A DNA stretch of 60,522 nucleotides, filler included. It is 5 parts of 5 records of this genome, joined end to end, with 100 filler letters (N's around TTAATTAATTAA, not from the genome) between each part and the next. Parts side by side here need not be neighbours in the genome. Positions count along the whole stretch, not along the records: positions 7,671 to 36,464 come from SRR31156797_5646; 4 more parts are not named here. One strand, given 5' to 3'. A program made the translations under genes and the position numbers. Within the stretch, counting starts at the first letter, position 1. Each line of letters begins with the position of its first letter. Shown here piece by piece: positions 19,823 through 27,409 of this stretch. Below the pieces are notes generated by a model. It was not told the origin of the DNA. It made no database searches and was given only the letters and a program-made list of their open reading frames with translations.

Positions 19823-19944
19823 CGCAACATTCCATCACTCCATCACCCTGTATTTAAACCCGATTTTGCTCTGCCCGAAATTGTAAGCAGCAGCTCCCTT
19901 TCATTTGGGTTATATTCGCAATTCAAACCATAAAACATCACTTC

Positions 19945-20322
19945 ATGAATTTTCTCGGAAACCTGATCTGGCTGATCTTTGGTGGTATTATAACAGCTAT
20001 AGAATATTTTGTAGCCAGTATTGTCCTCATCATCACGATTGTTGGAATCCCTTTTGGAATTCAAACCATGAAACTTGGAATGCTTGCACTCTGGCCATTT
20101 GGCAGCACCACCGTGCAACGGCCTGGGTCATCAGGCTGCCTCTACACCCTGATGAACATTATTTGGATTCTTGTTGGTGGTATCTGGATTTCGATCACAC
20201 ACATAGTTTTTGGGATTCTTTTGTCGATTACCATTATTGGCATTCCCTGGGGGCGGCAGCATTTTAAACTTGCCGGATTAGCACTTACCCCGTTTGGAAG
20301 AGATATCCTACCGGTGAGGTAG
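19945..20322 (+). CDS. YccF domain membrane protein
   Basis: Duplicated NxIW..GG...ITIxGIP.G.Q..K...LAL.PFG. Confidence 0.9.
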   Translation: MNFLGNLIWLIFGGIITAIEYFVASIVLIITIVGIPFGIQTMKLGMLALWPFGSTTVQRPGSSGCLYTLMNIIWILVGGIWISITHIVFGILLSITIIGIPWGRQHFKLAGLALTPFGRDILPVR

Positions 20323-20324
20323 AA

Positions 20325-20524
20325 GGCCTCCCGATGGTCGGTGTAATTTGTTTTCGCAGCGCTCAAACGTCATTGGCCTCCCTTTGGTCGGCGTCATTTG
20401 CTTCGCTTCGCTCGGCGTAATTTGCGCTTCGCGCGTAATTGGCCTCCCTTTGGTCGGTGTTATTTGCTTCACTATGCTCAGTGTCATTTGCTTCGCTTCG
20501 CTCAGCGTCATTTGCGCTGTGCAC
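20325..20524 (-). repeat. Mosaic array of nine mini-hairpin modules separated by 6-bp linkers (REP/BIME-like)
   Basis: Linkers GT(C/A/T)ATT at 20343, 20369, 20393, 20417, 20435, 20459, 20483 and 20507; three module types. Confidence 0.85.
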
Positions 20525-20638
20525 TTTGCTTCTTCTCTTCGTCTTTAAAGTCTCCTCCATCGCCCACTTCTTCTTACTCCAAACTCACTACTGCTTTTTT
20601 TAAAAAGCCGTATGTTTGTCTTGCAAACCTTATCAGCT

Positions 20639-21292
20639 ATGGCATCCATATCAATTGAAGATTTTCTGAAGAACGTGTTTATGTTGATCAGCCTTGGAGG
20701 CAAAGCCACGACCTCTAAGCTTTCCAAACGCCTGAATGTGAGTAACGCTGCCATAACAGATATGTCCAGAAAGCTTGCTACACAGGGCCTCATCAACTAC
20801 GAAAAGTACCGTGCCATTACACTGACTCCAGATGGTGAAAGAATCGCCCTGAGTGTGATCCGCCGGCACAGGCTATGGGAGCTTTTCCTGAATAAAGTGC
20901 TTGAGGTACCCTGGGAAAAAGTGCATGATGAAGCCGAGAAACTGGAGCATCAAACATCCAATTATTTGATCAATGAAATTGATAAATACCTGGGTTTCCC
21001 AGAGGTAGATCCTCACGGTGACCCCATTCCGGATGAGTCAGGAAACCTGCATACACAAAACCTTATCTGCCTCAATGAGGTAAAATTTTCTTCCAAAGTC
21101 ATCATTCGGAGAATTGTTGAACATACTGGTGAAACCATGCATTTCCTGAATAAAAATGAGATTAGCCTGAATCAGGAAATCATGTTTAAATCAAAGATGA
21201 ATAATGAGGGAGCGATTCTTATATCCATAAATAGCAAAGATTTAGAAGTACCAGGGTCTATTGCTGAAAAACTATATATCGAAAAACTTTAG
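20639..21292 (+). CDS. DtxR/MntR family metal-dependent repressor
   Basis: EDFLK, HTH, RHRLWELFL, EAEKLEH and DPHGDPIP motifs; FeoA-like tail; probable start MASIS. Confidence 0.92.
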   Translation: MASISIEDFLKNVFMLISLGGKATTSKLSKRLNVSNAAITDMSRKLATQGLINYEKYRAITLTPDGERIALSVIRRHRLWELFLNKVLEVPWEKVHDEAEKLEHQTSNYLINEIDKYLGFPEVDPHGDPIPDESGNLHTQNLICLNEVKFSSKVIIRRIVEHTGETMHFLNKNEISLNQEIMFKSKMNNEGAILISINSKDLEVPGSIAEKLYIEKL

Positions 21293-21316
21293 CCTCCATT
21301 TGTTAAAACAGCTTAA

Positions 21317-21399
21317 AAAAGTTAAGTTCACTTAAATAATTTGCTTTTCCTGCTGCCTCTCTGTTTATATTTGCAGAAAAGTTAAGCATACTTAAATTT
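21317..21399 (+). promoter_or_regulatory. Two DtxR/MntR-type operators flanking a sigmaA promoter
   Basis: TTAAG-N4-CTTAA palindromes at 21322-21335 and 21382-21395; TTTG at 21340-43 and TATATTTG at 21366-73 between them. Confidence 0.78.
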
Positions 21400-21405
21400 A
21401 GAAGA

Positions 21406-22188
21406 GTGAAGAAACTTACATCTATATTATTTGTAATATTAATTACGGCCTCTGGCTACACTCAGGATGCCGATACACCTGAAATGATCACCGACAGACC
21501 CGATCAAACTGAATCTGCGGCTATTGTACCAAAAGGACACTTACAAATTGAAACCGGATTTATTTTCCAGGGTGATGAAACTAATAAGGTGAAATCCAAC
21601 GAGATTGCATTATTTACTACCTTGCTCCGTTATGGGATAAATAAAAACTTTGAGCTTCGACTGGGTTCCGGCTATTTGGACTTAACAGACAAACCGGAAG
21701 GCGGAGAAGATATTAATACATCAGGATTAGCGCCTTTATTTGCCGGGATAAAAATTAAAATGCTGGAAGAAAATGGAGCAGTTCCTGAAATGGCATTTTT
21801 GCTCACAACTGAAATACCCGGAACCGGAAAAGATAAATTCACACCTGAGTATGTTAGTGCGGATATGCGGTTTGCGGTTGAATACACGCTGACAGACAGG
21901 TTGGGATTTGGGATGAATATTGGCGGAAGATGGAATGGAACGCAACCTGATCCGGGAGGCCTTTATTCGTTTGTATTAGGATACGGCCTGCTTGATAATG
22001 TGGGGGTTTTTGTTGAAAGTTATGGGTTTCTGCCTTCCAATCAACATCCTGATCACAGGTTAGATGCAGGATTTACCTGGTCAATAAAAAACAATCTCCA
22101 GTTGGATGCTTCAGGTGGAATTGGTCTTTCGGAGGTTTCACCGGATTATTTTATTAATGCTGGTTTGAGCTGGCGGATTCCAAACTAA
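21406..22188 (+). CDS. Outer-membrane beta-barrel transporter (Phenol_MetA_deg-like)
   Basis: GTG start; signal peptide; TDRPDQTES and LQIETG motifs; amphipathic strands; C-terminal GLSWR. Confidence 0.75.
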   Translation: MKKLTSILFVILITASGYTQDADTPEMITDRPDQTESAAIVPKGHLQIETGFIFQGDETNKVKSNEIALFTTLLRYGINKNFELRLGSGYLDLTDKPEGGEDINTSGLAPLFAGIKIKMLEENGAVPEMAFLLTTEIPGTGKDKFTPEYVSADMRFAVEYTLTDRLGFGMNIGGRWNGTQPDPGGLYSFVLGYGLLDNVGVFVESYGFLPSNQHPDHRLDAGFTWSIKNNLQLDASGGIGLSEVSPDYFINAGLSWRIPN

Positions 22189-22231
22189 ATCGATCATATA
22201 AACAACTTTTACAACTTAAAACAACAATATC

Positions 22232-23164
22232 ATGAAAATTCATAATATCATATTGCTGGCTTTTACCATCGCAGGAATGGTGTCCTGTAACCAGCCTTCA
22301 GGTGAATCAGCATCAAAATCTGCTAAGTTAAATGTGGTAAGTACCACCACCATGATAACGGATTTGATGAAACAAATTGGTGGTGATAAAATTACAGTTA
22401 AGGGTTTGATGGGTGCAGGAGTTGATCCCCACCTTTATAAAGCCACCGAAAGTGATGTTACCAGGCTTTACAATGCCGACCTCATTATTTACAATGGTGT
22501 TCACCTGGAAGGGAAGATGGACGATATATTTGAAAAAATGAACCAGGGCCGTCAGAAAACCTATGCAATTGGCAATGCAATACCTGTTGAACGGCTATTA
22601 AGTGCCAGTGTCGATTATGCACAACATGACCCTCACATCTGGTTTGATATTGAAAACTGGAAACTGGCTGCAGCATATGTTGCCGAAATTCTGATCCGTC
22701 ATGATGAAACGAATAAAGCTGTTTATAAACAAAACCTGGAGGCTTACCTGGCCGAACTGGATTCCCTCCAGCAAATGGTAGTGGAAAAGGTTGCTACGAT
22801 ACCTGAAAAACAGCGTGTACTCATTACTGCCCATGATGCATTTGAGTATTTTGGACGTGCCTATGGCGTTGAGGTTAAGGGGCTTCAGGGTATCAGCACG
22901 GTTTCCGAAGCAGGGGCTGCCGATGTAAGGAATTTGGCGGATTTTATTTATGAACGTAAAATCCCGGCCATTTTTGTTGAATCTTCTGTCCCGGTCAGAA
23001 ATGTGAAAGCATTACAGGATGCAGTGAACGCCCGTGGTTTTGAAGTGAAGATTGGCGGTGAATTGTATTCGGATGCTCTTGGTACATCAGGAACACCAGA
23101 GGGGACTTACATTGGCATGTTTCAATATAATTTAGAAACGATTACTAATGCTTTAATAAATTAA
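22232..23164 (+). CDS. Mn/Zn ABC transporter substrate-binding lipoprotein (TroA-like)
   Basis: Lipobox Cys; DPHLY, DPHIW, HDAF and LYSD metal-ligand motifs. Confidence 0.93.
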   Translation: MKIHNIILLAFTIAGMVSCNQPSGESASKSAKLNVVSTTTMITDLMKQIGGDKITVKGLMGAGVDPHLYKATESDVTRLYNADLIIYNGVHLEGKMDDIFEKMNQGRQKTYAIGNAIPVERLLSASVDYAQHDPHIWFDIENWKLAAAYVAEILIRHDETNKAVYKQNLEAYLAELDSLQQMVVEKVATIPEKQRVLITAHDAFEYFGRAYGVEVKGLQGISTVSEAGAADVRNLADFIYERKIPAIFVESSVPVRNVKALQDAVNARGFEVKIGGELYSDALGTSGTPEGTYIGMFQYNLETITNALIN

Positions 23165-23200
23165 TCTTATTTTCAACCCCTGTTTAATGAAAGCATTCAT

Positions 23201-23929
23201 ATGAACCGTCCGGTAATTGAAATAAACGACCTTACTGTTGCTTATAAGTTTAAGCCTGTACTTTGGGACATCGATCTTGAAGTTCCCGGAGGCGTGATGA
23301 TGGCAGTTGTTGGCCCGAATGGTGCAGGAAAATCCACACTGATTAAAGCCGTTCTCGACATTGTTAAACCATTAGCCGGAAGCATTAAGTTACTCGGAAA
23401 ACCTTATCATCAGGTTCGTTCAAAAATTGGCTATGTTCCCCAAAAAGGAAGTGTTGACTGGGATTTTCCAACTACAGTGAAGGATGTGGTGTTGATGGGG
23501 ACCTATGGTAAACTGGGGTGGGTGAGAAGGCCCGGGAAGAAGGAAAGGCTCCTGGCCGAACAGGCCATCGACAAAACCGGCCTGACAGACTTGGCATCCC
23601 GGCAAATCAGTCAGCTTTCGGGTGGGCAGCAGCAACGTGTTTTTTTGGCCCGGGCGCTTGTGCAGGAAGCCGAAATTTATTTCATGGACGAACCCTTCCA
23701 GGGCGTGGATGTTACCACCGAAAAAGCAATTATTAATATCCTTAAAGAATTAAAGAGTCGCGGAAAAACTGTGGTTGTGGTTCATCATGATGTGCAAACC
23801 GTAACCGAATATTTTGACTGGGTAACTTTTTTGAATGTTAGGAAAATAGCCGCCGGGCCTGTCGGTCAAACCTTTAACAACAATAACCTTGAACTGGCCT
23901 ACGGTGCAACATTTGCAATCGCAGAATAA
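23201..23929 (+). CDS. Metal ABC transporter ATPase (TroB-like)
   Basis: GPNGAGKST, LSGGQQQR, DEPF and VVHHD motifs. Confidence 0.95.
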   Translation: MNRPVIEINDLTVAYKFKPVLWDIDLEVPGGVMMAVVGPNGAGKSTLIKAVLDIVKPLAGSIKLLGKPYHQVRSKIGYVPQKGSVDWDFPTTVKDVVLMGTYGKLGWVRRPGKKERLLAEQAIDKTGLTDLASRQISQLSGGQQQRVFLARALVQEAEIYFMDEPFQGVDVTTEKAIINILKELKSRGKTVVVVHHDVQTVTEYFDWVTFLNVRKIAAGPVGQTFNNNNLELAYGATFAIAE

Positions 23930-23931
23930 CC

Positions 23932-25056
23932 ATGGATCAACTGGAGTTTTTCATAAGGCTGTTCAACGATTATACCACCCAGACCATTGGACTTGGAACT
24001 ATTTTCCTGGGTTTAATGAGTGGTGTACTTGGTGTTTATGCTATCCTTCGCAAACAAAGCCTGCTGGGTGATGCAGTTGCCCATGCCTCCCTTCCGGGGA
24101 TTGCCATGGCATTTTTACTTACAGGAACTAAAAACACGCTCCTCATTTTTGCCGGGGCTGCACTGGCCGGTTGGGTTGCCACTTTTTGGATTTCAGGGAT
24201 CATAAAGAATACACGCATTAAAATTGATGCCGCACTGGCTATTGTACTTTCAGTTTTTTTTGGATTTGGCCTGGTACTGCTCACATATATTCAGCGCATG
24301 GAAAACGCAAACCAATCAGGTTTGGAATCCTACCTTTTTGGGCAGGCCGCTACCTTGCTGCGGGAGGATGTTAATGCGATGGGAATAATTTCAGGCATTG
24401 CAATAGTTGTAATTCTGTTGTTTTGGAAAGAATTTAAACTGATGACGTTTGATGAACAATTTGCAAAGTCATTGGGGTTTAATCAAAAATTTATCGATTT
24501 GGCCATCAACACACTCATTGTGTTGGCCATTGTTATTGGCCTCCAAACTGTTGGTGTTATCCTTATGAGTGCGTTGTTGATTGCACCGGCAGCTGCGGCC
24601 CGGCAGTGGACAAATCGTATGAGCGGAATGGTCGGGCTATCGGCTTTGTTTGGAATGCTCTCCGGATTAATTGGGACAGCGATATCAAGTGCAGGCAATA
24701 ATTTATCTACTGGGCCGGTGATTGTGTTGGTTGCCGTCAGCATAGTACTGATTTCATTTGTTGTTGCCCCGGAAAGAGGGTGGCTGGCAAAAACGATCAA
24801 TAAAAACAGAAACCGTCGTTCACTCGAACTCAATAAGTTTTTACAGGGATTGTATGAAACCTGCAAAACTCACGATGATGTAAAGCACAAACACTCCATT
24901 CAGATTTTAAAAGCCGTACCTGGATATCACTCTGCAACAATAAAGGCGCTTAAGGAAAATGGATTTATTGAAGTAAATGAAAATCAGTGGAATATTACTG
25001 ATTTTGGAATAACGCAAGCTATTCTCAACGATGGGCAGGGAGGCATTAAAAAATGA
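23932..25056 (+). CDS. Metal ABC transporter permease (TroC-like)
   Basis: SLLGDAVAHASLPG; multiple TM helices; soluble C-terminal tail. Confidence 0.92.
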   Translation: MDQLEFFIRLFNDYTTQTIGLGTIFLGLMSGVLGVYAILRKQSLLGDAVAHASLPGIAMAFLLTGTKNTLLIFAGAALAGWVATFWISGIIKNTRIKIDAALAIVLSVFFGFGLVLLTYIQRMENANQSGLESYLFGQAATLLREDVNAMGIISGIAIVVILLFWKEFKLMTFDEQFAKSLGFNQKFIDLAINTLIVLAIVIGLQTVGVILMSALLIAPAAAARQWTNRMSGMVGLSALFGMLSGLIGTAISSAGNNLSTGPVIVLVAVSIVLISFVVAPERGWLAKTINKNRNRRSLELNKFLQGLYETCKTHDDVKHKHSIQILKAVPGYHSATIKALKENGFIEVNENQWNITDFGITQAILNDGQGGIKK

Positions 25057-26225
25057 CAGCACCACAAATTGAAATTCAGATCATTGCTTCTTTGGTGGCG
25101 GTTGCCTGTGCCATTCCCGGGGTATTCCTGGTTTTGCGCAAGATGGCCATGATCAGCGATGCCATCAGCCATGCTATTTTGCCCGGCATAGTGGTAGGAT
25201 TTTTATTTACAGGATCCATTAATTCACCGCTGCTAATTGTTCTCGCTGCAGTTACCGGGTTAATCACTGTGGTGCTTGTGGAGTTGCTCAGCAAAACGAA
25301 CCTCGTAAAGGAAGATGCGGCCATCGGCCTGGTTTTTCCGGCATTGTTCAGTATTGGGGTTATCCTGATCTCGAGAAATATTTCCAACATCCACATCGAC
25401 ACAGATGCTGTTTTGATGGGAGAACTGGCTTTTGCGCCCTTCGACAGATTCGTGGTTTCAGGCGTAGATCTTGGACCACAAAATGCCTGGGTGATGTTTG
25501 TCATGCTTACCATCAACCTGCTGTTCACCGTAATTTTTTTTAAAGAATTAAAAATCAGCACCTTTGATGCAGGTTTGGCAGCCAGTCTCGGATTTGCGCC
25601 GGTTGCAATGAATTATGCATTAATGGCTACTGTTTCTGTTACAACTGTTGGGGCGTTTGATGCAGTAGGTGCAATTTTGGTAGTAGCCTTTATGATCGTT
25701 CCTGCATCAACAGCCTATTTGCTTACGGATGATTTGAAAGCCATGTTGATGATCACAGTTGTCATAGGAATTATAACCGCAATTGCAGGTTACTGGATGG
25801 CTCGTTTCCTTGATGTTTCAATATCAGGGGCCATGGCTACAATGTGTGGATTGATTTTTTTGGCTGTTTTTGTTCTGGCACCCCATCGCGGATTGTTGTC
25901 CATCAGAAAAAGAAAAATACGACAAAGGGCAGAGTTTACACAAATGACCCTGGCCATGCATATTTCCAATCACAGTGGTGAAACTGATGATATCGAGGAA
26001 CGCAGGGTTAGTCACCTCATCAGGCATTTTGGCTGGTCGACCGAAACTGCCAGTCAGGTTGTAAAAGATGCCGAAAGACGTAAATTATTGAAACTCGATG
26101 GAGAGGTGATGAGCCTGACCGAAAAAGGAAAAAAATTTGTTTTGGCAGCAAATGGATTAATTTCTGCAACCCATCATCCGGGATTTGAAACCCTAAGGAA
26201 GGAATTCATTATTTTTTCTGATTAG
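25053..26225 (+). CDS. Metal ABC transporter permease (TroD-like)
   Basis: DAISHAILPG; ATGA overlap with the previous gene; C-terminal tail with LTEKG. Confidence 0.92.
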   Translation: MTAPQIEIQIIASLVAVACAIPGVFLVLRKMAMISDAISHAILPGIVVGFLFTGSINSPLLIVLAAVTGLITVVLVELLSKTNLVKEDAAIGLVFPALFSIGVILISRNISNIHIDTDAVLMGELAFAPFDRFVVSGVDLGPQNAWVMFVMLTINLLFTVIFFKELKISTFDAGLAASLGFAPVAMNYALMATVSVTTVGAFDAVGAILVVAFMIVPASTAYLLTDDLKAMLMITVVIGIITAIAGYWMARFLDVSISGAMATMCGLIFLAVFVLAPHRGLLSIRKRKIRQRAEFTQMTLAMHISNHSGETDDIEERRVSHLIRHFGWSTETASQVVKDAERRKLLKLDGEVMSLTEKGKKFVLAANGLISATHHPGFETLRKEFIIFSD

Positions 26226-27406
26226 GCTTTTGCTGGAAATGTTAATGTAATTGCTGCACCACGGTCAGGAAGGTTGTCAACCTTTATACTCCCTGAATGC
26301 AGATCCATAGCGAGTTTTACTGCTGCCAGTCCCAGTCCGAATCCTTTGCGTTGCGAATCCGGGCCATCCTTCGAAAAAATATCAAATATTTTATCCAGAT
26401 CAGATTCTGAAAATCCGGGACCATTGTCGGTGATGACCAGCTTTGTTTCAGCATCATCTCCAGTAATCGTATAACTTATCTCGCATCCTTTACCAACAAC
26501 TAAAATGGCATTTTCTGTGATTTTATCAATGATATTGCTGATCAGGTTTTCATCGCCACGAACAGCGTGATTGCTTATTTCCGTACTGATATCATATTTA
26601 AAATTATCCTCCCGGAAACTATACTCCGCTTGTGATGCTATGGCCTGGCAAACAGTTTTTAGATTTACTTCGGTGTAGTTGATCTCATATTTTCCCAGTT
26701 GGATTTCGGTAATCAGTAATGCTGTTTCTGCCAGTGAGATCAGCGTATCAGTAGAATTTTTAAGGCTGTCTAGTTCCTTGATATGTTTGGTATTACTCAA
26801 AGAATCATGGAGAAGTTCGGTGAAACCGTTGATGATATTGAGCGGAGTTCTAAGTTCGTGACTGATGAGTGTAAGAAAATCACTTTTGGCTTTTTCGAGA
26901 ACAGAAAGTTTTTGGTTTGCCCGGGTGATTTCAGTCGTTTTTTCTTTCACCTTTTCTTCAAGTACCTGATTGATGTTTTCCAGCTTTTCCTTTTGCTTCA
27001 TCAGGTCGATCTGGGTTTTAACCCTTAGCAACAATTCATTATCGTTAAACGGTTTGGCAACATAATCGTTAGCACCCAGCTGGAGTCCCTTTACCACACT
27101 CTGCTTGTCGGACTTGGCTGTGAGAAATATGATGGGAATGTGTGCAGAATCAGGATTACTTTTTATCCTCCGGCACACCTCAAAACCATCCATGCCGGGC
27201 ATGAGAATATCGAGCAAAATAAGATCAAACTCCGGTGTCTCAAGTAAATCAAGTGCTTCGGAACCACTTGTGGCAAATGAAATATTGTAACCCTGGGCAA
27301 GTAATACCTGACCAATAATTTGCACATTATGGGCATTGTCATCAATGACCAGGATATTGATCTCTTTATTTTGATACAAGGATTCCATACTTAATTGTGA
27401 ATTCAA
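26222..27406 (-). CDS. Hybrid response regulator/histidine kinase (REC-HisKA-HATPase)
   Basis: VIDD, LLDILMP, SHELRTPL, DNGPG and GFGLGL motifs; start may be 27388. Confidence 0.92.
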   Translation of the reverse strand: MNSQLSMESLYQNKEINILVIDDNAHNVQIIGQVLLAQGYNISFATSGSEALDLLETPEFDLILLDILMPGMDGFEVCRRIKSNPDSAHIPIIFLTAKSDKQSVVKGLQLGANDYVAKPFNDNELLLRVKTQIDLMKQKEKLENINQVLEEKVKEKTTEITRANQKLSVLEKAKSDFLTLISHELRTPLNIINGFTELLHDSLSNTKHIKELDSLKNSTDTLISLAETALLITEIQLGKYEINYTEVNLKTVCQAIASQAEYSFREDNFKYDISTEISNHAVRGDENLISNIIDKITENAILVVGKGCEISYTITGDDAETKLVITDNGPGFSESDLDKIFDIFSKDGPDSQRKGFGLGLAAVKLAMDLHSGSIKVDNLPDRGAAITLTFPAKA

Positions 27407-27409
27407 ATT

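Noticed and set aside
20325-20524. CRISPR array
   Set aside because: The constant part is only 6 bp, the variable units recur, the period is 18-26 bp, and no cas genes are present.
20308-20658. Short repetitive ORFs (EANDA/VICFAS repeats)
   Set aside because: By-products of the DNA repeat, open in several frames on both strands.
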